64,000 bases of DNA, from the NCBI GenBank assembly GCA_015680685.1, contig MNCI01002249.1:233947-297946 (forward strand), given 5' to 3'. Below, piece after piece: positions 50,691 to 63,914 of the stretch. Each line of letters starts with the position of its first letter. Positions within the stretch are counted from its first letter, which is position 1. The position numbers and the translations under genes are program-made. The notes beneath the pieces are model-generated. The model made no database searches and was not told where the DNA came from. It saw only the letters and a program-made list of their open reading frames with translations. This stretch comes from Gnetum montanum (Eukaryota; Plantae; Gnetophyta).

Positions 50691-52225
50691 TTGAGAATCC
50701 TACAATAGTGACTGGGTGGTTAGAGGAATTAGACAAAGTGTTTGATTTAATGGGATCTACATCAACATCGTAAACTTGACTAGTAGTTTATTAGTTGATA
50801 GATATAACACAACATTGGTTGTGGATAGAGGAGTTGTCCAATGGGTGGATAGATCAAGAAGCTCACTAGCTAGATTTTCTACAATCTTTTAAAGCTAGGT
50901 ATGTCTCTACTAAGTATGCTTAGGTAAAAAAAGATGAATTTTACTAGTTATTTTAGGATAGTTGTATAGTGGTAGAGTATGGTGCTTTTTTTATTAGGTT
51001 AAGTGCTTACGCTTTACCACCCATGACTGTTATGAAGTAAATATCTAAGTTTATTCAGGAACTAAGGCCTTTCTTGTAGGATTATGTTCTACCATTGAGG
51101 TTTCCATACTATGATACAACCCAAGCCATTGCTATGAATATAGAGAAAAGCCAGCAAGCAGACCTAGAGTTATGTAAGAGGAGATGGGGGTTGAAGAGAA
51201 GACTACAATCTAGAGGTAGTGAAAACTCCAAATAGGGTCATTGATGGGATGGTTAGTAATGGATTAGATAGGAGCAACAATAACCACTTTAGTTAGTTGG
51301 AATTTTTGCACTTATTGCAGGATATGACACTATGGTATGTTATCATTATGAGTAGTTGAGGCACATGTATTGAAATTGTACAAACTATTTCATGTATGGC
51401 TAGCCAAGGCATTAGGTAAGAGAATTCCTAAGCTAGATGAGATTTGATAGTAGAGGAGGTGGTTTTGGATAGGATAACTAGGGTAGACAATGGATAGAAA
51501 GGGTGAGGAGTCTCAATAACACAACTGGTAAAGATAGGATAGAGAACATAGGATTGGCTATATGCTTTAATAGATTAACCATAGGATGTATAATCCAACA
51601 TGGTGATGAAGATGGGAGATATGATCTCACATATTCCTATACTGTTTTTGTTTAATTTGAGTGCTAGTCATTCCTTTATAGATCCTAGTATTATTCATTG
51701 GTTTAGTTGATCATATTCTCCACCTAGGGTTGTTTGTATTAGGTATTGGGGATTATGAGATCTAGGTGGATCAAAAGTGTGTTGAGATGTAGTTATTGAT
51801 CTTCAAGGTGTTCAATGGGTTAGTAATTTACTAGTTTAGATTGCCAACAAAAGTTTTTAAGGCTATAGGCAGTAGATGGTACATACGTTAAGGTTCGAAC
51901 TCAACCAGAATTCATGAGATTGGACTTGATTTCCATAATAGTGTTTCTTCGAAATTTCTAAAAGGGACACATATGTTTTATGGATATAGTGTACATACTT
52001 GAGATTGTACATGTTGATAAGATTCTTATGATTCAAGAGTTTCTTGATGTCTTCCACACAAAGTTGCTAGGTTTACCACCAAGATGTGAGGTGGAGTTTG
52101 AAATTGAGGTATACCAAGGTACAAAGCCTATTTCAAAGGCTTTGCATATGATGTCACCAATGGAGTTGGTAGAGCTGAAGATTGAGTTGCAAAAATTATT
52201 AGATTGAGGCCTTATTCATCCTAGT

Positions 52226-52702
52226 TGATGAATCATGTGTCATTGGGCCACGTCGACCGGATGTCATCAATGGAACCTCATCGACATAGGGTTTGCCCCA
52301 TGGATAGGATCCTATCGATGTGGCATCCTATCTTTGTTATAAATGCATGCACACCTGCCGCATTTATGGTATATTTCAATTAGTTACTAGCGAAACTCTT
52401 GTAGTTTGTTTCTTCCAGAGTTATAATATTTTCTAAGTGCTAGCAGTAGGAGTTAAGAAGTGTACAGATCTTTATTTGAGCATTGATGTACCTAAGCACC
52501 TTAGTGTAAACAATAATAAAGATGAGCTTTCTTGACCAAACCTTGCAGCACTTTTATTAGTTTTAATGTTTACTTTAAGCATTTAATATTTATGCAAATT
52601 ACCTTAATATGTTTAATAAATTAATGAATAGTGATTAAATAATGCACATAAGTATGACCACTTTGAGCATACGTTAACACTTAGTAATCCCAGTAGTGCT
52701 TA
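52226..52702 (+). repeat. Truncated LTR of the TGATGA family inside Tekay RT
   Basis: Starts TGATGA immediately after GLIHPS and is homologous to 34060-34400. The host resumes at RNase H, so the RT core is missing. Confidence 0.75.
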
Positions 52703-55495
52703 AATTAAATATGTGCTAATGCAAGAAGGGAAGGTTTTGACTTATGCATCTCATTAGTTGAGGCCACACAAGACTATGCATTCAGTTCATGATTTAGAGT
52801 TAGGTGCTATGATATTTTCATTGAAATTCTAACAACATTATCTTTATGGGGAGTAGGTGACTATTTGAATTGACCATAAGAGCCTCAAGTATCTCACAAT
52901 TAGCCATAGTTAAACCTACAATATCATTAATGGGTGGACTTGCTTGTTGACTTTGATTTTACTATCAAATATATGCATGGAAGGAGCAACAAGGTAGTAG
53001 ATGCAGTAAGCAAAATAGCTTGTAAATTTAATAGCTTGACAATTTGATTAGATCTATAGGAGCAAATTTGATAGTAGTAGTAACATGATCCATGGTGTTG
53101 AGAGCTAAGATAATAGGTCATCTTTGATTGACCATTATTTATGAATGGTCATGATGTGTTGTGGAGGGGTGATTAAGTATGTGTTTTAGAAGCTTTGTGA
53201 TATCCAGGCAGTGAGAAGATGTACAAAGATTTACGATGAATTCATTGGTAGCTTCACGTAAAGAAGAACGCAAGGGAGTATGTCTTTAGGTGTTTGATTT
53301 GCTAGTAAGTGAAGATAGAGCATCAGAGGCCTAGTGGATACTTACATTTTTATGACGTTCCCTAGTGGATGTGGAATACCATTAGTATTGACTTCATTAT
53401 TGGTTTGCTAAGGACTCATAGTGGTTGTGATGCTATACTAGCAGTTGTTAACTTGTTGACGAAGTTTACCCATTTCCTTGTTGCATGAGTATCAGTGAGT
53501 GCAGTAGAGACTGCATATCTCTTTATTGTAGAGGTCGTGTGATTACATGATGTACTATAGCAAATCATTAGTGATTGAGATGCTCAATTAATGTCATGGT
53601 TTTGGTAGGCATTTTAGACAGAAATGGGTACAAGGCTAAATATGAGTTCAACATATCATCCAAAAATAGATGGTCAAATTGAGTAAGTGAATTGCATTCT
53701 CAAAGACATGCTAAGAACTTGTGTTTTGCAATACAAAAATAGTTAGGACTAGATGGTTTCATTGATAGAGTTTGCATATAATAATAGTTACCAAGAGAGT
53801 TACAATCATTACCATATGAGATCTTATATGGTAGGCCATGTAGAATGCTTTTATGTTAGAATACTATACAAGATCGTCACCTAGAGGCTTAATGCTCATC
53901 TTGCTAAGGTGGGGTAGTGGGAGGGTGGTGGATGAGCGAAAGACTAACCTTTTTTAAGTTGCTTTGCCTAGGCTATAACCTAGGTCTTATAACTTGAAAA
54001 ACAAGCACTTTACCATCGCTAAAAGTGGTGATCCCTTTCCAAGGTACCTCTTTTAGACAAACTCTTTGATCCTAAACTATTTGAGACCGAGTGTCTTGGA
54101 TTTCTTTCTGTACATGCAAATCCAAATTGAAGTGATTAATAAGTACCATTACTTTCTGGAATTCTGTTTCAGCTAAATCTTATCCTATTAAGGTCCATCA
54201 TTACACAGAGGAATTCTGGTTTACTGTGGTTTACCATGTCAATCTCATTATACTCCTACCGTGAAATCTGTTAGTTTACCGTGTAAAACTTACTCTCGCA
54301 CGGCTGGACACTGTAGCCGGATACAGATATGTTAATTGACTTACGTTAAGAACTTGCCATCATCTCACTGACACCAATAATTTTAATAAGAGAAAGGCTC
54401 ATGCTTTTTTAATACCTAAAATGGGTCGATTTGTCGCTATCATGTCGTGGCGTTGGAAGCTTTACATGATAGCGTCTCTTTAAAGTTCAAGCTGAGGCAG
54501 GTTTTGTTATAAAACGCAAAAAGACAATGAAATTGAGCTCTTTCCGTGAGTTGATTCTGCAAGAAGAAACCAGAATCAAGGTATCGGTCTAGCAGCTGCA
54601 TTAAACAAACAAAGCTATTTACAGCTTTAATGGTAGTTGCGTCCTCTCATCTCTTCGGAACGGCTGCAAGTTTATTGTATAATGGCTTTTTTTCCTTAAT
54701 AAATCCGAAAGAGACGGGCCCTTTATTCTCCAATACAGTGGAGTGGAGTGGACGGAAATGAAACGGATAGGATCGATGCATTAATTTAACATTAGATGAG
54801 ACTTTGGTTTGCTGAATAATCAACATAAAGCTGAGATTAAAGTTCATGAAGAATGTGGACGGATAAAAATTCTGCTTAAACGATTGTAGAGGTTGGATTT
54901 AAATTTTTTTTTTAAAAAGTTAGATGTTGACGCAGTGCACATCGGTTGCATAAATTATTCGGTTTATCGCACATCAGTTTCATAAATTATTCGATTTATA
55001 ACATCAAAGGCCATTTGGAAAATGTCGCTGTAAGAGGATTTTGCTTAAATAAGCCTCTAAAATTAGAGGGATATCTGGAAACTAAAAATTTTAAAATGGG
55101 CGGATGCACTAGGGAGGTTAATATCTTCCAACGAGGAAACGCTGTTCGTGTGACATTGGGCATGCATTCAATAATCATCTTGTTGGAGATCAACATGTTC
55201 CAATGAAGAAATGCTCTCCACGTGACCTTTGGCATACATTTAATAATCGTTATATTGAACCTTGTTGGTATGTAAAGTTATAAGTTAACCCACCAACTTC
55301 ATAATAAGTTATTTGTCTTACAATTGCGTCCCTTTAAATAAGAAAATCATAATAAGGGATTATGACACCGTAGATCTATGGTAAAGGAGTTAGTGGAAGC
55401 CATTGTCTTGGTTGACATCACCAAGGTTGCCTAGATAACAATTCAAAAAATTAAAAAAATGGCTTATATGTTTTAAAGTTTATATTTCACATAAT

Positions 55496-55737
55496 CCCAT
55501 AACCAAAATTAAATGACTATATATGGTGAACATGAAACTTTTTGTGAAGTTTTATAATTTAGTAGGTAACATGCATTACATTGATAGGAGCCTCTAAGAA
55601 GTCATGTCCCATAACCAAAATTAGATGACTATATATGGTGAACATGAAACTTTTTGTAACATGAAACTTTTTGTAAAGTTTTATAACTTAGTGGGTAACA
55701 TGTATTACATTGATAGAAGCCTCTAGGAAGTCATGTT
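55496..55737. repeat. Tandem duplication of about 112 bp
   Basis: cccataaccaaaatta...gaagtcatgt occurs twice; the second copy has an internal duplication. Confidence 0.8.
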
Positions 55738-57450
55738 CCAGTGAAGAAATTCCAACCTATCAAGTAAACTTTTTCATTAATCAACTTAGCTTTGATTACA
55801 AGGATTAAAACACTTTAAAGTTTTTACTACGATGCACATACTGGAAAGTGGGGGTAGGAATCACCTTCCATCCACCACCTTGATTACGTTTAGAAAACAA
55901 TGGTGATATCAATTCAACCTCAACTCGATGCTACGACCCAAGGCGAAGACTGAAAAACAAAAAGTCATTGACAAACAAAAACGGCAAAACTGCTTTTAAA
56001 GAGTTGAAAATTAAAAACTGCGTACGGAGGGAGACCGTAAAAAACAAAGAAAAAATGGTAAGCAAAATTCCCCGCGTTGCATACTTCCTCCAGAATGGCA
56101 ATTTTTGATGATGGCATTGTCTGCGTTCAATATTTACAGGGCAACAATAGCACCAGTTACAGTATATAGCACTACGAGCGCACAAAATATGACAGGGGCC
56201 AGACCTCAGCCTGCCACCAAGGAAACAATCGCCGCGAATACGGAGCTCGTCGGGCTCACGAAGATGGTAAAGCCTGTGCAGAGGAAAAATTGTTGGCTGG
56301 CGAGGAAGCATTATTTCAGAATTTAGAAAGAAAGAAACAAAGAAAGAAAGAAAACAGTGAAATCATCCACTTTTTTTTTGTTTTTTAAAAGTTGCCATGC
56401 ATTCCAGGCCTGGATCGATCGATGGATCGGTCCGTGTTAGTGTGTCGTCACACGCTTCTAGTGCTTGCCCGCCATTGTTATGAATATGATGTCCATCCAT
56501 GTCTCATCTCAGCCACGCAAAGTTTTTGCAATGCAGTCGCATTCGGTTCTGCAGTAGCCAGTAAGTAGCCCAGCACAGCACAAACAAGAATAATGTGATG
56601 GCTTTTTTATGTGTCTGCGATTGACCGGCTGAATATTCTGTCGATCATTCCCAATCTCTCTGCTTGCGTTGTATCACATTCACAATTTTTTCTGTGCCGG
56701 TTCGATCCGTAACGTCCGCCGTGCTTTATTTTTGTGGAGTAGAGCAATTGAAAACCAATTCTGTTGCCCCAGATGCTTCTGTGAATGTGAATTTGAAGTG
56801 AAAGACAGACAGCAGCACAGGCATTTTTTGGGCCAGTGGCTGCATGGAAGGAAGAGCCAATGAACATCCTCCTCTACCTACTCATGGAGGCGGAGCTGGA
56901 AAGCATTAGCTGCTCAGGGATATCAATGATAAAGTGATGAACAAACAGTAGTAAGTGGAAAATTTCTTTTCCGCGATGCGCTCCAATTGCTTTAGTTGCG
57001 CAAGGGAAAAGTATACACGTCTCATCCTCCTCCTCCTTCTGCTGAAACAACCATAACCGTGGCTTCTGTCACATTATAACAGACCAGGAGAAACATCTGC
57101 TGCTGCTGAAGACCACGAAGCTAAGGCAGAGCTCTGCCTAATTCTGTTACGAACAATTAAGGGTCACTCTTTCCAGCGCAGTGAGCCAGGAGTTGAATGG
57201 ATTCGTCTGCAGTCGTCAGAGCAGGTGCTACATGATGAAACAAGAACTGATTTGCAATTTTGTATGCGTTAAATTTAGGGTTCTTGCTTTTTTAAGTAAA
57301 TATCTGTGCTGCAGCAGTTCTCTGTGTTCCTGTAAAAGCAATTGATACATGTTCCTGAGATATTAAAGTTTATTAAACCCTTTCTCTTGCACAAGAAGTG
57401 CACACAGAGTCACTGATTTGTTGAATACTTGAATAAGGTGGTGCAAAAAG

Positions 57451-57456
57451 ATGTAG
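57451..57456 (+). promoter_or_regulatory. Minimal AUG-stop uORF upstream of OPT
   Basis: aaaagATGTAG, ending 47 nt before the OPT ATG. Its inclusion in the mRNA is not proven. Confidence 0.35.
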
Positions 57457-57503
57457 TTTGGCGGTGAGAGCGAGGTAGGAAGAAAAGGACGAGGAAGAAA
57501 ATA

Positions 57504-57965
57504 ATGGATGAAAACGACGTGGCAGAGATGAAGGATCAATCGCCGATAGAGGAAGTGGCGCTAACTGTGCCAACTACAGACGATCCGACGCTGCCTGTAA
57601 TGACTTTCAGAATGTGGGTACTGGGACTGCTCTGCTGCGTAACTCTGGCAGTGCTGAACCAGTTCTTGTATTACAGGTCCAACCCACTTGCTATATCGGC
57701 CTTCTCGGCCCAGATTGTAGTGCTGCCGCTGGGCCATTTCATGGCCAAGATTCTACCCACGCGCCAGTTCCGATTTCCGTTCACGCAGTGGCGTTTCTCG
57801 CTGAATCCAGGGCCCTTCAACATCAAAGAGCATGTGCTCATCACAGTGTTCGCCAACGCCGGCGCCGGAGGTGTCACGGCCGTTAGTATCCTTACCGTCG
57901 TCCGGGCCTTCTATAAAAAACCCATCCATTTTGTTGCTGCCTTGCTGCTCGCCGTCACCACTCAG
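57504..57965 (+). CDS. OPT: Oligopeptide transporter (OPT family), exon 1 of 5
   Basis: [25 protein letters not shown] and the NPG motif [20 protein letters not shown]. Donor CAG|GTAC; in-frame upstream stop at 57465. Confidence 0.95.
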
Positions 57966-59080
57966 GTACATGCACCGCTGTTTGTTTCTCAGATTCACCT
58001 TTCGCATAGCCATTTCATGAGTTTTTGAATTAGAATCACTTGAGTTTTAATCATGTTCGGACAGTTCGGTAAATCTGAAGTCTGCGTACGAGTACGGTTG
58101 CATCCAGTTTCATGTATATATACAACAACATTCCGGTCAGCTTTTGCAGATTCTCAGTGAGGTTTGGACTTTGTATGTAGTAGAATTTGATGAATTTCTG
58201 TGTTAAATGGACATGGAATTGTAAGCCGAGTACGGTATCGTGTTCTGGTTCGGGACTTCAGGTCGAAGTTGTAGCTTTTTAGCCAGGAAAACTAAAATGT
58301 CAGTACAAGGAATTGATTTCGATTCCGTCTGAGTTCAAATCAAGGGGAAGGCGATTCGGTTATCTACTTCTCTGGTTATTTGTTATTTAGGTCCTGTGCC
58401 GTGGCAACCTCTACATAATGCATGTGGCTACTTTGGTTTTAGCTCTTACTCTTTCTTCTGATTTATCCTTCACCACATAGTCTCGTGGTTTTGTGTTGTT
58501 TTTGTGAGTAGGTTAGTTGCCTGTCATTCTTCTGGACTGCATGAACAATGCATGTTTAATTTGTCACGTACGATTCGAGGTTGATTTTCTTTTTGGGCGT
58601 TGGAAGAGCGAGAAACCAGTCCTCTTTACTTAATTTAGGTACACGATTCCCTTAAGAATGAGATCAACGCATGGCTTTGATATTCAAGAGAGGGTAAAAA
58701 AGAAAGTCTGGACTAAAAGAGCTCCACGGGTGGATGTGGATGGGCACTACGGGCAAAGAAAACTTTACATGTTTACTACTTTTAAGGAAAAACATGCGAT
58801 TTGGAATCGCAATAATGTATGTGGAGTTTGATGCTTAGGTGGTGGTGGCTTATGGGATGACTGTCGTTTTCATTTTTCTGTCATCTTTATTCTTGAGTGG
58901 GGTTTTCTTATCAGTTGCTTTGGGCTTTCAGAGCAGCTATTAGTTTTTTACTTGGGTTCATCCTCCGCGGTACATATTTGCTGCATGTTTCTCCTTTCAG
59001 GAGCACTGGGCCTCAGGCACAATTTTTTTTTCCTGCACACACAATTTTTACTTTCCCCAAACTTTTACTTTTGGTTTCAG

Positions 59081-59178
59081 GTCCTCGGATTCGGCTGGGC
59101 AGGCATTTTCAGAAGGATACTGGTGGACGCCTCGTCCATGTGGTGGCCATCCAATCTCGTGCAGGTTTCTCTTTTCAG
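59081..59178 (+). CDS. OPT: OPT exon 2
   Basis: tttcag|VLGFGWAGIFRRILVDASSMWWPSNLVQVSLFR|gtcag. Confidence 0.95.
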
Positions 59179-59525
59179 GTCAGCCTACCCCCACCAGTAA
59201 CCCTGTAACTCTGATTTATCTACATCACAGTAGCTCGATGTAATTGTTTCCCACAACAAAAAATTTACAATACCCAGAAAGCATGTTCACGACTCCCGAC
59301 ATAAATGAAATCAGCTCCTGCCAAAAGGAGAATCTCCGTCCAATCTGAAAGTAGAAATACCATAGCCGTGCAAGTTGAAAAAGGGAATCAAACTGAACCT
59401 AAAGCTGTTCAGCCTACTGCAGTTTCAGCAATTAACTCACAACCCTTTATCATATCTATCAAGTTTGTTATCCACAAGGGGTTTTCAGAATCCTGAAGCA
59501 GCTAGCACGTTCTATTGATACGCAG

Positions 59526-60095
59526 AGCGCTGCACGAGAAAGAAAAGAGACCAAAACGAGGGGTGACCCGGATGCAATTCTTCGTGATGGCAATGATAGC
59601 GAGCTTCAGCTACTACACAGTACCGAGCCTTCTATTTCCGTCTGTATCGGCGCTGTCGGTGGCGTGCTGGATATGGAAAGACTCAGTAACAGCACAGCAG
59701 CTGGGATCCGGCGTCAAAGGCCTGGGCATAGGAGCAGTGGCGCTGGATTGGACTGTGGTATCGGCATATCTCAAGAGTCCGCTGGGAACGCCCTGGTTCT
59801 CCATCGCAAATGTCATGGTCGGATTTGTTCTTGTTGTGTACGTATTGGTGCCGTTAGCTTACTGGACAGATCTGTTTCACGCACGCAGTTTCCCCATATT
59901 CTCTGCAGATCTCTTCACCCGCCATGGCCTTCCCTACAACACCTCACGTATTCTCACGCCCGGTTTCGCCTTCGATGCGGCCGCGTATCAGGAGTACGGC
60001 CCCATCCACATGAGCGTTTTCTTCGCCTTCACCTACGCCCTCAGCTTCGCTGCTATCTCTGCTACTGTCTCGCACGTCCTCATCTTCCACGGAAA
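59526..60095 (+). CDS. OPT: OPT exon 3
   Basis: cgcag|ALHEKEKRPK...TAQQLGSGVKGLGIGA...SPLGTPWF...HVLIFHG|gtaag; splice phases are consistent. Confidence 0.95.
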
Positions 60096-60229
60096 GTAAG
60101 AATCGAATCGAATCGAATCGATCGATCCATCGATCGTATGTTTAGTATTTCTCTACCTGAAACTACTGCTGTGAAAGCTTCTTCTTCTTCTGTTTACGAT
60201 TTTGTCGTTGTTTGTTTGTTTTTTCAAAG

Positions 60230-60488
60230 GGATATATGGAAAAGCACGAAGGCAGCAGTGGTGGAAGATGAGGAAGACGTGCACACGAGGTTGATGAAGA
60301 AGAATTACAAGGCGGTGCCGCAGTGGTGGTTTGGGGCTCTGCTGGTGGCCACCATTGCCGTGTCTGTGATCACCTGCAGAATGTTTGTGTCGGAGCTTCA
60401 GCTGCCGTCGTGGGCTGTGCTTCTTGCGTGCCTGCTCGCCGTCTCCTGCACTCTCCCCATTGGCATCCTTACCGCCACCACAAATATG
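60230..60488 (+). CDS. OPT: OPT exon 4
   Basis: tcaaag|DIWK...DVHTRLMKKNYKAVPQWWF...LPIGILTATTNM|gtttg. Confidence 0.95.
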
Positions 60489-61780
60489 GTTTGTCACTGA
60501 AACTCAAATTTTACTTGCCATAGCTGAAGTATGTTTTATTGGAATGGCAATTCTGCCTAAATTATCACGAACACAGCGTTTTGGATTCTTGTCCGTATTC
60601 TGAATCACGGTTAAGAAAAATGTTTTGAGCAGGAATTAGTACTGTAAATCTCTGATTATGGTTTTGGTTGGGATGATTCCTTTGGTAATTCCGAAGAAAC
60701 GTTTGTGCACGATTTGAATGAATCACGATTCTTACGATTTTATTTTATTCCAGGCTCTGAATATTATGAAGCATAGCTTTGTTGTATCTATAACATAGTT
60801 TGCTAAATCTACGTTTAATTATATATACTGCAATATCTTTATATTGATTTTGTCGTTAATTTTTTACTACGGTAAAGAGTTAAAATTCTATAGTTCAGTT
60901 GCCACTTTAATCAGAGAAACTCTGCTGAATAGTGGACGTGGCAGTTACAAGGTCATCTCCACCAATCCCTGTGTAAACGTAAACCCGCAAAAAGGGAAAA
61001 AAAAAATTGTGAAAGATAAAAGGTTTGAACTCTAAACCTTTCTGATGTAAGCAAACCAAGTTACAATGAGATTTCTAAATTAGTTGCCGGATTTTATCTT
61101 TCAAAAATATATTTAAACAATATTATAGGTTCTACCATTACCTAGGTAACACTTTCCCAACAACGGTGGGAACATTAAAATAATAAGTAAATAAAGAAAA
61201 TATCCTGGAGGGTTTAATCAACTCCCTAATACCAATGAATATATCTTTTTGTTTACCATATTAGGTAATTTAAATTTGGTTTTTATCTCAATTTATTCAG
61301 ATTTTCAATCTATGATCCATAGTTTGTATATTATTTATTTGCAAAATGTTTCAAATTATATAAGCATTTTCAGCGTTATGGTTCACTACTGAAATTAAAT
61401 TGAATTTATAATCATTTTTACTTTCAATAGGTCTTGGCTTAATAACCCTAGGTCATAGGTTCAATTCTAATACCTATATTCCACTTATTCAAGGTTCCAG
61501 GTTTTAAACTATGTAAAAAGTTTGCAATTATATTATAACATAATCACCTCTTGCAACCCTTGTTTTATCCATTTGCAGTATGAATGCATTCCCTTCACTA
61601 AATTAGACATCCACGCATGCGTTTCTTTTCTGTAATATTAGTGCCCATTAGGATACTATATTTTTCGTCCAATAAATCCTATGATAAAGGTTGCAAGTGT
61701 GGGTTAAATTACATATAGAATCCACAAGGTTGTGATTGAAACATGAATGCTAAATGAAATGTGGACGACATGACATTCAG

Positions 61781-62587
61781 GCACCGGGGATGAAAATTTT
61801 GAACGAGTACATCATAGGCTACATGTACCCGGGGCGACCCGTGGCCAACGTCATATTCAAGACGTACGGCTACACGACGATGCAGCAGGCCGTGGTGTTC
61901 CTGGCGGACCTAAAGCTGGGCCACTACATGAAGATCCCGCCAACAGCCATGTTCGCGGCACAGCTGGCGGGCACCGTGGTGGCGGCCGTGGCCTACGAGG
62001 GGGCAGCCTGGTGGCTGCTGGGCAGCGTGCCGGGCATCTGCACCGTGGCGGCGGGCAGCCCGTGGACGTGTCCGTACGACCGCGTGTTCTACAGCGCCTC
62101 CGTGCTGTGGGGGGTGGTGGGCCCGCGGCGGGTGTTCGGCGGCGCGGGGCCGTACCGCTCGCTCAACTGGTTTTTCGCGGGAGGGGCCGTGGCGCCGGCG
62201 GCGGCGTGGGCGGTGGCGCGAAAGTTCCCGAGGGCCACGTGGCTGCGCCGGGTGAACGTGCCGGTGGTGATCGCCGCCACGGCGATGATGCCGCCGGCGA
62301 CGGCGCTCAACTACCTCAGCTGGGGAGCCGTCGGATTCGCCTTCAATTTCGTGGTGTTCCGCCGGCGCAAGAAGTGGTGGGCCCGACACAACTACGCGCT
62401 GTCGGCCGCGCTCGACGCCGGCGTCGCGTTCTCGGCGGCGCTCGCCTACGTTGTGCTGCGGCTGCCCCGGGCAGACATGAGGTCGTCGTCGGCCGTGGCG
62501 TGGTGGGGAGGGGCAGGCCCCAAAGCTGCTGACGATCACTGCCCGCTCGCCTCCTGCCCGGCTGCCGCCGGCGGCCGCTGTCCCTGA
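61781..62587 (+). CDS. OPT: OPT exon 5 (last); spliced CDS 2196 nt, 731 aa
   Basis: ttcag|APG...YMYPGRPVANVIFKTYG...DLKLGHYMKIPP...HNYALSAALDAG...DHCPLASCP...TGA. Confidence 0.95.
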   Translation, partial: APGMKILNEYIIGYMYPGRPVANVIFKTYGYTTMQQAVVFLADLKLGHYMKIPPTAMFAAQLAGTVVAAVAYEGAAWWLLGSVPGICTVAAGSPWTCPYDRVFYSASVLWGVVGPRRVFGGAGPYRSLNWFFAGGAVAPAAAWAVARKFPRATWLRRVNVPVVIAATAMMPPATALNYLSWGAVGFAFNFVVFRRRKKWWARHNYALSAALDAGVAFSAALAYVVLRLPRADMRSSSAVAWWGGAGPKAADDHCPLASCPAAAGGRCP

Positions 62588-63379
62588 TTTCGCTCGTCCA
62601 TGCCGTTGACCGTACTTAGTTGACTGATCCTTGACCTGATGTGGACTCTTGATGCATATTTGACGTCACGTTTTCTTCCTTCTCGCTTTAGTGGGCTGTG
62701 GGCCATGGACGTTCGTCTTGATCGAAGTCGGTCTTCGTCGTCGTTTGCCTCAGAGATTCTCGGCTTCGTCACTATGCGTCCATTGCGTACTGCTTTCTTG
62801 CCGTCCGGAACCATGTTTCTAACCAGTATTTCCGTGTATGATGTGTGGCAATCGTGGAGTTAAATATATTTGTAATGGAAAACCCGGAACTAGCCCATCA
62901 AGTTTGTCATTCCTGAAAATTTCAATTGGTAAGGGGGTTGTGCTACTAGCTTGTATGTCCAATCTCTCGAAGAAAGAATGAACATTTAGTTCCAAAAACT
63001 AAATACCATGACTTTACAATGGATTCCATGTCCTCTTATAAGACATTATATCAAGAATCTTCAATTCATTCACAAAGTAAATTCAAACTTAAATACACAA
63101 AACGAAGTTAATTGACCTCTATGACCACTCTCAAATTTTGATTAAGGCATGAATACCCATATTCTATCAATATAATGTTGCAACCTTTTTTGTCTATGAA
63201 ATAAAATGAAATGAAGCTTTATTACATCCAAAGACCTATAGGATCTATTAGATAGATATTACATTTTTATGAAAAATAAAGATAGACTCTACAAATTGAC
63301 CAAACGCCAATGAGAGTATCAAAAACAAATCATACAAACTTTTTGCTATAACATTATAACGCTATCTCAAATGGGTAGT

Positions 63380-63748
63380 TGATGAGCAGCGGGTATTCGC
63401 TACACCCAACCATATGAATTACAAGCATGTACACGCAATTCGATCGAATTCTGTGGACATCTTCTACCTAAGTGGTTTATGTTCTATATGGTCAAACATA
63501 AGGTTACTAATTGTTGTCTTCCCAATCATCACTTGTATTAACTTTGTTCATATGGCTAAGTGTGATTGAGGTGTAGGATATTTATATTTATAATTTTATT
63601 ATTTTTTATCTCAAAAAGTATTAAGGAAAGAAGTAATTAAAATATTAAAATTTAACTAATCAATGACTAAACTATCCTAAACATAGATTATTTGTTTCCA
63701 CTTTCTATACATATTTTGAACATATACCAACACTGTTGGGTTACCTAG
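63380..63748 (-). repeat. Older LTR of the TGATGA family, interrupted
   Basis: tgatgagcagcgggtattcgctacacccaaccatatgaat is homologous to the sequence starting at 503. Confidence 0.75.
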
Positions 63749-63914
63749 TGATGGGACGCGATATTGCGTACGTGATATTGCAGCCGTCGCGATATCGCAT
63801 CCCTCGCGATATCACGTATGTGATATCGCATCTTCCTCTGCGATATCGTGTACGCGATATCGCAGTGCTCCGTCATATCTATAAATAAGAGGTGGCTCTC
63901 CCTTGTTTCCTCAT
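63749..63914 (+). repeat. U3 start of an LTR of the same family in the opposite orientation, interrupted
   Basis: TGATG start, CGATATCG array and ctataaataagagg TATA, as in the reverse complement of 1213-1322. Confidence 0.75.

Larger units (their letters stand above)
44280..53880 (+). mobile_element. Tekay/chromovirus-like Ty3/gypsy element, decayed, with two nested insertions
   Basis: Long LTR ending gggtattaCA (47109) with a degenerate Met PBS. gag NPTIVTGWLEELDKVF; protease ASHSFI; EFLDVF...GLPPRCEVEFEIEV...PISKA; VLMQEGKVLTYAS; integrase MSSTYHPKIDGQ. Confidence 0.8.

Noticed and set aside
57197-57224. Upstream coding exon (MDSSAVVRA|gt) for OPT
   Set aside because: No convincing in-frame acceptor before 57504; more likely 5' UTR.
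60098-60137. (GAATC)n/(GATC)n run in OPT intron 3
   Set aside because: Ordinary microsatellite.
61910-62539. Long alternative-frame and antisense ORFs (209 aa, 173 aa) over OPT exon 5
   Set aside because: Expected by-product of very high GC content and few stop codons.
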